NCBI GenBank assembly: GCA_050287085.1
Contig: JBNKBE010000006.1
Span: forward strand, 170,381 to 234,380
Reading direction: 5' to 3'
DNA from: Polyangiaceae bacterium
GTDB taxonomy: Bacteria; Myxococcota_A; Polyangia; Polyangiales; Polyangiaceae
DNA: 64,000 bases
Part shown: positions 48,995-57,734 of the stretch, piece by piece
Layout: the number at the start of each line of letters is the position of its first letter
Numbering within the stretch: the first letter of the stretch is position 1
Notes under the pieces: generated by a model
Databases searched by the model: none
Seen by the model: the letters and a program-made list of their open reading frames with translations, nothing else
Told to the model about the DNA's origin: nothing
Made by a program: the position numbers and the translations under genes

Positions 48995-49077
48995 AGCCGT
49001 TCGCTTCGGCCAGTAGCGCTGCCGCTAGCCGTTCGCTTCGGCCAGTAGCGCTGCTGCTAGCCGTTCGCTTCGGCCAG
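48995..49077. repeat. 32-bp tandem repeat (2.6 copies) duplicating the 3' end of the J-domain gene
   Basis: agccgttcgcttcggccagtagcgctgc(c/t)gct twice, plus a 19-bp partial copy inside the gene end. Confidence 0.92.
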
Positions 49078-49731
49078 AAGCGAATGGTAGGCCGCGCTCA
49101 GCTGCTGAAACGCGTTCACCGATCCGCCCCGGTCGGGATGTAGGGTTCGCGCGAGCGCCCGAAATGCGACGCGGATCTGGCGCTCACTCGCGCCTTCCGC
49201 AAGCCCCAGCTCTTTGAGCCAAGCTTCGCGACCGGAGCGTCCAACTGCAGCGGTGCTGCGCCCTCGCGCGCGGGGGCGACCCCAAAACACATAACGTGGT
49301 TCCAGGCGAGGGGCCCAACGCGGCGCCGGCTCGCTGACCACGTGAAATGCCACCCGACCCGCCTGCAGCTGGAAGGCATCCTCCAAGCGAATGCGGCTCT
49401 GAAGATCCAAGGCGCGCAGCAGCTGCTCAGGTCCAATGATGCCCGCTTCGACCCAAACATCACCGACCGAACGGCGACTGCGGCGCACACAAGCGCCCTC
49501 TAGCCTCGCACGCTCGCGAGCACTCAAGTCGCTCTCACGCCGCAGCAAGTCACCCAATCGCGTGCGAGCCGTAGGACCTCGTACGTGAGTCACCTGCCCT
49601 TCGCTCAGGTGAATGTCAAAGCGTTGGCAAGACTCACCATGGAGCGTCAATACGCCGGTCAAGCGTGCGCGATGGACGCGACCGAGTAGGTCGCCCAGTG
49701 TCGTTCGGGTTAGATCACCCTCAAGCTGCAC
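49057..49731 (-). CDS. DUF4388-like + C-terminal J-domain protein
   Basis: LEGDL...LGDLL......LTGVL.L, RLGDLL...G.I....L..AL..Q, and FR.LAR.LHPDRGG. Confidence 0.85.
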   Translation of the reverse strand: MQLEGDLTRTTLGDLLGRVHRARLTGVLTLHGESCQRFDIHLSEGQVTHVRGPTARTRLGDLLRRESDLSARERARLEGACVRRSRRSVGDVWVEAGIIGPEQLLRALDLQSRIRLEDAFQLQAGRVAFHVVSEPAPRWAPRLEPRYVFWGRPRARGRSTAAVGRSGREAWLKELGLAEGASERQIRVAFRALARTLHPDRGGSVNAFQQLSAAYHSLLAEANG

Positions 49732-49786
49732 GCGGCGAGAATGTCCGGGAAGCGCGCGCGGGCCAACTTTCCGCACCTCCGAAAGC

Positions 49787-50902
49787 TCACGTTACGCCAC
49801 TCGAACCGCCGCCAGGCCCCGGAGGTGTGCTCTTGGCCGCTTGGCTCGGCGGTGAATAGAAGTCAACGACTTCAACCGGTCGATCGCTCAGCGAAAGCTC
49901 AGCCTCGCCTCGCTCCCCCGCGACGTCGCCCCCCACTTGAAAGGCCGTCGACGGATCCATCGTGACCCGCACCGACTGGACCAAGAAATCAAAAATGTTG
50001 GAAGGATCGACGTGCTCACCGCGCCAGATTGCCGAGAGATGTTTGACAAACTCGGTGGGACCCAACGTACTGATTCGCAGGTTCATGCGATCCGGCATTT
50101 CGTCGGCGTAAGGAAACATCCGAAATCCGTAGCCATAATACGGAATCGTAGATGCCGCCGCGATCAGCGCCGGTCCATCGTATAACACCTCGCCGGTCGC
50201 GATCGGTCGGGTGTCAACACGTCCCGTCCGCCCGACCCTAAACGCCGGCGCGCCAAGATTGGTCACCCTGCAGTGGGGCACTCTGCGCAGCAGGTAGCTC
50301 GGCAGCGTGCGCGTCAACGTGGACACTACGTAGCTAAGCGGCCCTGCGGCGATCGCGCGCAAGGGCGTGCGAGCAAGCCTGGATTTGATCTTCTGATAGT
50401 CCTGGAGCACCACCGCATCGACTCCGAAACCGCAGAAGGGGGTGAGCTGTCCATCCACCGACACCAGATTCAACGGCCTGGAGCCCGCCTCCGTCTTCAG
50501 CCGTAGAATGTCCCCCGCCAGACCCCGGCTCTCGTCGGCGCCGACGACGTGCGCCAGGGCGTTGCCCGTTCCAAGCTTCAAATAGCCAAAGCGGGGCCGC
50601 GCGACGTTCAGAGCGTCTGCCACCTTGACCACGTTGGTCACGACCACGGAAAAGGTGCCGTCGCCCCCCCCGGCAAGCACGGTCCGGTACCCTCGCTCCA
50701 CCACCGAGCGGGCAATCTCCCGAGCGTGGGTCAACGAGCGAGACACGTATAGGTCCTGGGCCGGAAGGATACGCCCGAGAAACGCCACCACGTCGTCGGT
50801 CACATTCTTGGCGTTACCATTTAGGATCACGGCCAGACGGTCTCCGCTCTCGCCGCCGCCTTCCTGAGCTTCGCGCCCCGGTTCGGACCCGCCTGCAAAC
50901 AT
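49787..50902 (-). CDS. Diacylglycerol/lipid kinase family protein
   Basis: ILN.NA, GGGDGT, LGTGNA, G.G.DA, YYG.G and Q.GGD. Confidence 0.88.
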   Translation of the reverse strand: MFAGGSEPGREAQEGGGESGDRLAVILNGNAKNVTDDVVAFLGRILPAQDLYVSRSLTHAREIARSVVERGYRTVLAGGGDGTFSVVVTNVVKVADALNVARPRFGYLKLGTGNALAHVVGADESRGLAGDILRLKTEAGSRPLNLVSVDGQLTPFCGFGVDAVVLQDYQKIKSRLARTPLRAIAAGPLSYVVSTLTRTLPSYLLRRVPHCRVTNLGAPAFRVGRTGRVDTRPIATGEVLYDGPALIAAASTIPYYGYGFRMFPYADEMPDRMNLRISTLGPTEFVKHLSAIWRGEHVDPSNIFDFLVQSVRVTMDPSTAFQVGGDVAGERGEAELSLSDRPVEVVDFYSPPSQAAKSTPPGPGGGSSGVT

Positions 50903-50965
50903 CGAACTGGCTTATGCCTGATGAGACGCACCACAGACAAGCGAGGGGTGCTATAGGGCTCGGTC

Positions 50966-52006
50966 ATGCATTTCGTAGACGAGTGCTCCTTCCGAGTAGA
51001 AGCAGGTAAGGGCGGTGACGGCGCGATCGCGTTCCGACGCGAGAAATTTGTTCCCCTCGGTGGACCGGCCGGTGGTGATGGCGGACGCGGCGGTGACGTC
51101 GTTTTTGTGGGCGATCCGGGTAAGGGCACGCTGCAGGACCTGACCCACAACCACATTCTGCAGGCTCGCGGTGGAGACAATGGCTCCGGACGAGACAAGT
51201 ACGGCCGCGGCGCCAAAGACCTCGAGCTGCGGGTGCCTCTCGGAACTGTGGTCATCGACGAAGAGTCGGGAGCGAAGGTGGGTGAGGTCACCCGCGAGGG
51301 TGAGCGCCTGATCGTGTGCAAAGGGGGGCGCGGCGGACGCGGCAACATGCACTTCACCACCCCTACCGACCGCGCTCCGCGACGAGCAGAGCCCGGTCAG
51401 CCTGGAGAGCAGCGCAGCGTCCGGCTCGAGCTCAAGGTGATGGCGGACGTAGGTCTCTTGGGCTTTCCGAACGTGGGCAAGAGCACTTTCATCAACTGCA
51501 CAAGCCGCGCTCGTTCCAAGATCGCAGACTACCCGTTCACCACCCTCGAACCTCACCTAGGCGTTGTGGTTCTCGGCGAGCCCGACGCCGGGCTTGGACG
51601 CAGTTTTGTCATCGCCGACATCCCTGGCCTGGTGCCTGGCGCGGCTGAAGGTCAGGGCCTCGGCAGCCGTTTCTTACGCCACGTGGAACGCACGCGGGTC
51701 TTGCTGCATCTTGTGACGCTCACCGACGATCCAGAGCGCTCACCCCGAGCCGACTACGAGGCGCTGCGCCTCGAGCTCCGCAAGTTCGATCCCCTGCTGG
51801 CTGAGCGACCCGAGATCGTAGCGCTCTCGAAAGCCGATCTACCCGACGTCGCAGAGGCCTACGAGGCGCTGAAAGAGGAGTTCAAGTTGGAGCTCGACGT
51901 TGAGCTCCACCTGATCTCCGCGGCGACACGCCAAGGGATCGACGCGTTGCTCACCCGCATCGAAGCCTCGCTCTCGGAAGCTCGCGCTCGACCGGCATTG
52001 CTCTGA
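50966..52006 (+). CDS. obgE: GTPase Obg/CgtA
   Basis: F.D......AG.GG.G...FRREK.VP.GGP.GGDGG.GG, GFPNVGKS, DYPFTT and DIPG. Confidence 0.97.
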   Translation: MHFVDECSFRVEAGKGGDGAIAFRREKFVPLGGPAGGDGGRGGDVVFVGDPGKGTLQDLTHNHILQARGGDNGSGRDKYGRGAKDLELRVPLGTVVIDEESGAKVGEVTREGERLIVCKGGRGGRGNMHFTTPTDRAPRRAEPGQPGEQRSVRLELKVMADVGLLGFPNVGKSTFINCTSRARSKIADYPFTTLEPHLGVVVLGEPDAGLGRSFVIADIPGLVPGAAEGQGLGSRFLRHVERTRVLLHLVTLTDDPERSPRADYEALRLELRKFDPLLAERPEIVALSKADLPDVAEAYEALKEEFKLELDVELHLISAATRQGIDALLTRIEASLSEARARPALL

Positions 52007-52112
52007 GGCCCGCGAGTGTGAAAGTCATGCTACGCCGGCCGCTCCTCTTGCTGCGGCGGGCGGGCTTGTCGCGGCCCTCCTCAAGCAGAAAGAAGGCGAC
52101 TCCCTTCGTACT

Positions 52113-53615
52113 CTAGGGGCCTAGCCCTTCGCCACCCAAGTCGAAGTTGTCGTAGTCATCCAGCTCATAGTCCTCGGGAGCGAGGTTATCGAAACGCGTG
52201 TACGCTGACTCGAAGCGCACCTTTACGTCGCCGGTGGGGCCGTTTCTTTGTTTGGCCACAATCACCTCAGCCACCCCCTGATCGGGGCTGTCCTTGAAGT
52301 AGTACTCGTCGCGATAGATGAAGATGATGGTATCGGCGTCTTGCTCGATAGCACCTGACTCACGCAGATCGCTGAGCTGAGGGCGCTTGTCTTTCGTCGC
52401 GCGCGTCTCAACGGAACGATTGAGCTGACTGAGCGCGATGACGGCCACGCCCATTTCCTTCGCTAGCTGCTTGAGCCCTCGGGAAATCTCACTGATCTCC
52501 TGCTCCCGACTGCCTGCGTCCCTGCGTCCGCTCATCAGCTGCAAGTAGTCGATCACAACCAGACCCAGCTTCTGTGCTTTCGGCCCTTCCGAACTTCCGC
52601 GGCCGATTTCCGCTTTCAGTCGGCGCAGCTTCGCCCTCAGATCGAGCAAAGAAATCGCCGGCGTATCGTCCAACCATAAGGGCAGCTGTCCCAGCATGGC
52701 GGCCGCTTCTGTTAGACGATTCCAGTCTTCCCCTCGAATCTGTCCGGAACGGATCTTCGATACGTCCACCCGCGCCTCGGAAGCGAGCACGCGAGATGCC
52801 AACTGTTCTCTGGGCATTTCCAGAGAGAAGAAGGCCACTCCGTAGCCTAATTCCTCTTGTTCACCCTGCTCGGCAGTGTATGTACGAGGCTGAGCGGCGT
52901 TGACCGCCAAGTTGAGCACGAACGACGTCTTGCCCATGCCCGGGCGCCCCGCCACGATGTACAGATCTCCCGCGTGGAGCCCGGAGCATCGCTTGTCGAG
53001 CTCGGTGAATCCGGTGGGCATTCCCGTGATGGCACTGCCTCGTTTTGCGGCTTCGCCGAGAATATTGAAGGCGGTGAGAATGGCCTCCTTGAGCGGTCGC
53101 ACAGAGCCCTGTTTGGCTACCCGGGCAATATCGAAGATCGCCTGCTCGGCGGAGTCGATGAACTCCTGGACGTCTCCTGTGTCCGCATAGCCCTCAACCG
53201 CAAAGCGCTGGCAGACGGAAATGATCTGTCGCAAGCGCGCGCGGCCCACCACGGTTTCCGCATGCGCTTTAACGTGGGCAACGGCAGGGGTCGCATCCGA
53301 GAGCTCCGCGAGATACGCGCTGCCCCCGATTTGCTCCAAGCGCTCGCGTTGACGCAGCCAACTGGCAACACTTACGAGATCAACCGGTTGTTCAACACGC
53401 CGAAGCTCGTAGATCGCCTCGTAGATGCGACGGTTGGCGTCCGAGTAGAAGTGCTCGGCTTGAAGTACGTCTTGGACCTCGTCAAAGGCGTCTGCGGACA
53501 ACAACAGGGCGCTCAATACCGCCGCTTCCGCATCCAGGTCCTGTGGCGGGATGCGCCCTTCGCTCGGCCGCAGCGCCTCGGGTGCAGCCCGCTTGTGTTC
53601 GTTCCTATATGCCAC
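52113..53615 (-). CDS. dnaB: Replicative DNA helicase
   Basis: PPQ..DAE..VL, GRPGMGKT, FSLEM, IDYLQL, LSQLNR, DLRESGAIEQDAD and KQRNGP. No intein. Confidence 0.97.
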   Translation of the reverse strand: MAYRNEHKRAAPEALRPSEGRIPPQDLDAEAAVLSALLLSADAFDEVQDVLQAEHFYSDANRRIYEAIYELRRVEQPVDLVSVASWLRQRERLEQIGGSAYLAELSDATPAVAHVKAHAETVVGRARLRQIISVCQRFAVEGYADTGDVQEFIDSAEQAIFDIARVAKQGSVRPLKEAILTAFNILGEAAKRGSAITGMPTGFTELDKRCSGLHAGDLYIVAGRPGMGKTSFVLNLAVNAAQPRTYTAEQGEQEELGYGVAFFSLEMPREQLASRVLASEARVDVSKIRSGQIRGEDWNRLTEAAAMLGQLPLWLDDTPAISLLDLRAKLRRLKAEIGRGSSEGPKAQKLGLVVIDYLQLMSGRRDAGSREQEISEISRGLKQLAKEMGVAVIALSQLNRSVETRATKDKRPQLSDLRESGAIEQDADTIIFIYRDEYYFKDSPDQGVAEVIVAKQRNGPTGDVKVRFESAYTRFDNLAPEDYELDDYDNFDLGGEGLGP

Positions 53616-54019
53616 GTCGCTCTTCGCGTTCCTACTCTTGCTGCGTCACTCTTAGGTATCGTCCGACCGAGACTCGTCACGCCCGGCGTCGCTGCACTTA
53701 GCGCACGGCTCCCATGTGTAGCCACCCCTGAAAAGCGCCGCACCCTTTGGATGTCAACGGCTGCCCGTCACCCCCAAGTCGCGCCCAGGCGCCTCGCAAC
53801 TTGTCCACCGGATCCACACACTCGGCGTGCCCCCGATGCAGGGCCGCTCCGGGCGCGCTCCGGGGCAAGCTGAGCCGATACCTGAAAGCAAAGAGCACCA
53901 GGAGCCGCCGCCAAAACGCAGAAGGGAGCGCTTCATCTGTGATGAAACACTCCCTTCGAGCGCGTGCGAGCTTCCTGCTTGCATGCGCTCAAGCGCCAGG
54001 CGCTCTTTGCTCCGGAGCG

Positions 54020-54481
54020 CTAGCTCCCTTTGACCACCTCTACACGCAGCGTCGCTACGACTCCGCCGTGCAGACGCAGTAGGACCTCGGAAAGCCCAAG
54101 CGCACGAATCGGCTCCGCGAGCTCCAGCTTGCGGCGGTCGAACTTCAGACCGTGAGCGGACTCATAGGCCTCTTCGATGTCGCGTGTCGTAACCGACCCG
54201 TACATCTTGTTCTCCTCGCCAACCTGACGGGTGATCTTGATGCTGACTGCCTCGAGCTTAGCCTTGAGCTGCTCAGCTTCCGCATTGAGCTCACGCTGTC
54301 GCTCCGCCGCCTTGGCCTTGAGCTCTTCTACCCGAGCGAGGTTGCCGCTGGTCGCGCGCGCAGCAAGGCCACGCGGGTACAGAAAATTGCGAGCATAACC
54401 CGGCTTGACGCGTACGACGTCGCCACTAGTACCGAGGTGCTCCACGTCCTCTTGGAGGACGACCTGAATCGGTGTTGCCAT
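54020..54481 (-). CDS. rplI: 50S ribosomal protein L9
   Basis: V.L.EDV..LG..GD.V.VK.GYARNFL.P and YGSVT. Confidence 0.96.
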   Translation of the reverse strand: MATPIQVVLQEDVEHLGTSGDVVRVKPGYARNFLYPRGLAARATSGNLARVEELKAKAAERQRELNAEAEQLKAKLEAVSIKITRQVGEENKMYGSVTTRDIEEAYESAHGLKFDRRKLELAEPIRALGLSEVLLRLHGGVVATLRVEVVKGS

Positions 54482-54492
54482 CGTGACGTCTC

Positions 54493-54765
54493 CTATTCGT
54501 TGGTGGTGAAGGGCAATAGGGCGATATTGCGCGAACGCTTGATGGCCGTGGTCAGCGCACGCTGATGCTTGGCACAACAACCAGAGATTCGCCGCGGAAC
54601 GATCTTCCCGCGCTCCGTGATGAAGTACTTGAGCAGCTGCGGATCCTTGTAGTCGATCTGCAGCTCTGTATCCCCGCAAAACGGACAACCCCGACGTCGC
54701 CCCAGTCGCTTGAAGGCTCCGCCCTCACCATTGCGATCGTAGACGCCTGCGTGCATGTCGCTCAT
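54493..54765 (-). CDS. rpsR: 30S ribosomal protein S18 (zinc-binding type)
   Basis: [30 protein letters not shown]. Confidence 0.97.
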   Translation of the reverse strand: MSDMHAGVYDRNGEGGAFKRLGRRRGCPFCGDTELQIDYKDPQLLKYFITERGKIVPRRISGCCAKHQRALTTAIKRSRNIALLPFTTNE

Positions 54766-55265
54766 TCGTCATCCTCCTCATCGTCGGAATCGGACTCATC
54801 ATCGTCCGAGTCGTCGCTGTGGCCACCATACCCGCCGTCGTCATCGCGACGTATGCCGCCAACAAGGCCAAGCTCCTCGGCGAGCGTCTGCTCTTCCTCG
54901 GTGTCATCCACCTCGATGTGCTCGAAGCGAACGTCTTCCTCGTTGATTTCCTGAACCGTCTCCGCATCACCCAACTTGACGGTGTGATAGCGCAACACGG
55001 ACTCTTGGAGCCGCAGGGCACGCTCCAACTCGGAGACGATGGCACCACCACCAAGGTACTTCAGGTAGACGTAAACACCACGCTTCTGACGCTGGATCTC
55101 GTAGGCCAGCTTGCGGCGGCCCCAGTTCTCAACGCGGGTGGTCTTGCCCCCGGACTTGATGATGTCCAAGACACGCCCGGCGATAGACTCGCTGGTCTCC
55201 TTCGGGGTGTCGGCTTTCAGTATGTATATGGTTTCGTATTCAGTTTGTACCGTAGCGTCTGCCAT
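54762..55265 (-). CDS. rpsF: 30S ribosomal protein S6 with long acidic tail
   Basis: YETIYIL, WG.RKLAY.I.....G.Y and VLRY, followed by an Asp/Glu-rich C-terminus. Confidence 0.96.
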   Translation of the reverse strand: MADATVQTEYETIYILKADTPKETSESIAGRVLDIIKSGGKTTRVENWGRRKLAYEIQRQKRGVYVYLKYLGGGAIVSELERALRLQESVLRYHTVKLGDAETVQEINEEDVRFEHIEVDDTEEEQTLAEELGLVGGIRRDDDGGYGGHSDDSDDDESDSDDEEDDE

Positions 55266-55269
55266 TGGT

Positions 55270-55316
55270 ACTCCTTTCGGACTAATGGCCCCTCGAGTAA
55301 CTCGAGGAGCGAGGAG
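55270..55316 (-). promoter_or_regulatory. S6:S18 ribosomal-protein leader (autoregulatory RNA)
   Basis: Minus strand CTCCTCGCT-CCTCGAG-tta-CTCGAGG-GGCCATTAGTCCG-AAAGGAG. CTCCT pairs with the AGGAG SD, with an internal hairpin and a CCG next to the stem, directly before rpsF. Confidence 0.75.
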
Positions 55317-55317
55317 T

Positions 55318-55890
55318 TTATCGCTTTTGATTCGTCTGGTTCATGGCCGCCGCAATACCGCGCTCGATGAGCAGTTCTGTGGCGTCGATGGCGCGGTCGA
55401 TCGCGTCATCAAGTTCTGCCGCTTCGCCAGGGGCGAATTGCGTTAGCACAAAGTCGGCAACCTTGCCTCGAAAGTCGGTGGGCGGTCGTCCGATCCCCAT
55501 GCGCAATCGAAGGTAGCTCTGGGTGCCGAGATGCTGGCTGATCGATCGCAAGCCGCGGTGGCCGGCCTCGCCGCCGCCCTCTTTCAATCGAACATCACCA
55601 AAAGGCACATCGAGCTCGTCATGAACGACGAGCACGTGGTCCGGTTCTACCTTGAAGAAGTCACACGCCGGCCGCACCGATTCTCCGGAGAGATTCATGA
55701 ACGTCTGAGGCATGAGCAAGACGACCCGTTGGTGACCGAGCTCGGAGAGCGCAAACAATCCCTTGAACCGCTCTTTGAACGCCACCATTCCGCGGCGCCC
55801 AAGCACGCTGACAACATCGAAGCCGATGTTATGCCGCGTGCCGGCGTATTTGGCTCCCGGATTGCCGAGCCCCACGATCAACCAAGTCAC
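55318..55890 (-). CDS. pth: Peptidyl-tRNA hydrolase
   Basis: LIVGLGNPG..Y..TRHNIGF, PQTFMNLSG, HDELD, GH.GL.S and R.GIGRP. Confidence 0.97.
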   Translation of the reverse strand: MTWLIVGLGNPGAKYAGTRHNIGFDVVSVLGRRGMVAFKERFKGLFALSELGHQRVVLLMPQTFMNLSGESVRPACDFFKVEPDHVLVVHDELDVPFGDVRLKEGGGEAGHRGLRSISQHLGTQSYLRLRMGIGRPPTDFRGKVADFVLTQFAPGEAAELDDAIDRAIDATELLIERGIAAAMNQTNQKR

Positions 55891-55937
55891 GCGCTACGCC
55901 CTGCCCAGCAAAACACTCAGTTGGGCCGCCGCTCAAG

Positions 55938-56537
55938 CTACTTCTTATCGGGGGTCTCTTCGTCCTCAGCCCCCCCTGCGCGACGACGAGAGCCGTAAAC
56001 CCCGCCCAGACGCTGATTGGGCGGCAGAGAAACGGAGACGCCCTCGGGCAACGCCAGGTCAGCAACGCTCACCGAGTCCTCAATTTCCAAGGAGCTGACG
56101 TCGTGGGCGAGACGCGCCGGGATCTGCGAGGGCAGACACTTGACCGGCACCTTGCGGTACACCTTGCGAAGCGTTCCACCCATGACGAGCCCTTTCGGCT
56201 TGCCAACGAACTCGAGGGGTACCTGAACGAGCACCGGCTCGCTTTCTGATACCGCCTGAAAGTCCACGTGCAGCAGCGCGCGCGTCACCGGATGGACTTG
56301 ATAGTCCACCGCCTGTACCGCCTGCTCCTTGCCGTCGATCTGGAGATGAAGCACCACATTTTGGCCAAGCTCTCCGGCCCATGCGTGCTCCAATTCCTTC
56401 GGTTCGACGCTTAGCGACTGCGTCGCGATCCCCTTGCCGTAGAGCACAGCTGGAATACGCCCTGCTTGCCGAAGCCGACGTGCGTGGCCCTTGCCGGACT
56501 CGGGTCGGGTGCTGGTTTCGAGTTTCACCGTCTGCAT
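55938..56537 (-). CDS. rplY: 50S ribosomal protein L25/Ctc
   Basis: GK..ARRLR..G.IPAVLYG, Q.HPV....HVDF, and the C-terminal Ctc domain. Confidence 0.96.
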   Translation of the reverse strand: MQTVKLETSTRPESGKGHARRLRQAGRIPAVLYGKGIATQSLSVEPKELEHAWAGELGQNVVLHLQIDGKEQAVQAVDYQVHPVTRALLHVDFQAVSESEPVLVQVPLEFVGKPKGLVMGGTLRKVYRKVPVKCLPSQIPARLAHDVSSLEIEDSVSVADLALPEGVSVSLPPNQRLGGVYGSRRRAGGAEDEETPDKK

Positions 56538-56615
56538 TTCTTCGTTCCGTTTCTTGGAGTTACCCGTCGATACGCTCAAGCTCGCCGCACTGGGCGGCCA
56601 AACCTCAGCCTGCGC

Positions 56616-57560
56616 TCATACAAACAGGGAACTCAATGAGTCGTTGCTGTCAATTCTGCGAATGGCCTCGCCGAGCAATGCGGCCACGGAGAGGTGCACG
56701 ATCTTCTCACTGGCCCGCGCCGCCGGACTCGGTGGGATTGTGTTGGTCACGACCACGCTGCTCAACACCGAAGCATTGATACGCTCCATAGCCGGTCCGC
56801 TGAGAATGCCGTGCGTGGCGCAAGCGCTCACGCTGCTGGCGCCCGCCTCGCGGAGCGCTTGGGCCGCGTTGGTCAGCGTCCCCGCGGTGTCGATCATGTC
56901 GTCGACGATGATGCAGTCACGATCTGCCACGTCGCCGATGATGTTCATCACCTCGCTGACGTTGGCACGTTCCCGCCGCTTGTCGACGATGGCTAGCGCG
57001 ACGTTCAAGTGCTTGGCATACGAACGCGCGCGCTCGACGCCTCCGGCATCCGGACTGACCACGACGGTTCGCTCGCTAACCCGCGGGCGCAGATACTCCA
57101 GGAACACCGGCAGCGCATATAGGTTGTCGGTAGGAAAACGGAAGAAGCCCTGAATCTGCCCGGCGTGCAGGTCCATACACACCGCCCGGGTAACGCCCGC
57201 GACCTCGAGCAAGTCTGCGACGAGCTTGGCGGTAATGGGCGTCCGCGGCGCCACCTTCCTGTCCTGACGGGCGTAGCCGAAGTAGGGGAAGACTGCCGTG
57301 ATCGACCCCGCGGAGGCGCGCCGCAGAGCGTCACATAAAATAAGCAGTTCCATCAGCGTATCGTTTGCCGGTTGGCACGTAGGCTGAATGACAAATGTAT
57401 GAAGCCCCCGCACGTTCTCCTGGATACGGCAGAACATCTCGCCATCGCTGAAACGCGAGAGCTTCACCTCGGCCAAGCGCGTGCCTAGGGCTTCCGCAAT
57501 ATCAGCCCCAAGACTGGGGTTGGCGTTGCCCGAGAATAGGCAGAGGCTCTTGATGGACAT
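56616..57560 (-). CDS. prs: Ribose-phosphate pyrophosphokinase
   Basis: FSDGE, PYFGYARQDRK, DLHAGQIQGFF, VSPDAGG and VDDMIDTAGT. Confidence 0.98.
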   Translation of the reverse strand: MSIKSLCLFSGNANPSLGADIAEALGTRLAEVKLSRFSDGEMFCRIQENVRGLHTFVIQPTCQPANDTLMELLILCDALRRASAGSITAVFPYFGYARQDRKVAPRTPITAKLVADLLEVAGVTRAVCMDLHAGQIQGFFRFPTDNLYALPVFLEYLRPRVSERTVVVSPDAGGVERARSYAKHLNVALAIVDKRRERANVSEVMNIIGDVADRDCIIVDDMIDTAGTLTNAAQALREAGASSVSACATHGILSGPAMERINASVLSSVVVTNTIPPSPAARASEKIVHLSVAALLGEAIRRIDSNDSLSSLFV

Positions 57561-57680
57561 GGCTTTGGTTCTTCCGCGAAAGCACCGGTTGTCTCGTGGG
57601 TGAAACCACCGAGGGCTCGAGCGTTGAGGGGTCGCACAAATCCGCGCTCGAATCAGGCGCGGCCCCTTTTGGGGGCGGGT

Positions 57681-57709
57681 TTCCTAGCAGCTGTCCCAGT
57701 TGGTGTCAA
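57681..57709 (-). promoter_or_regulatory. Putative sigma70 promoter of the prs operon
   Basis: Minus strand TTGACA-17 nt-TAGGAA with an extended -10 TG. Confidence 0.45.
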
Positions 57710-57734
57710 CGCCGCGCTCGCACGTCGCCGTCCG

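Noticed and set aside
48995..49077. Possible CRISPR repeats of 32 bp
   Set aside because: The units are directly adjacent with no unique spacers and derive from a gene end.
52113..53615. Intein in dnaB
   Set aside because: Length is 500 aa with continuous motifs and only short insertions.
57561..57734. tRNA-Gln often found upstream of prs
   Set aside because: No cloverleaf or T-loop motif is recognisable here.
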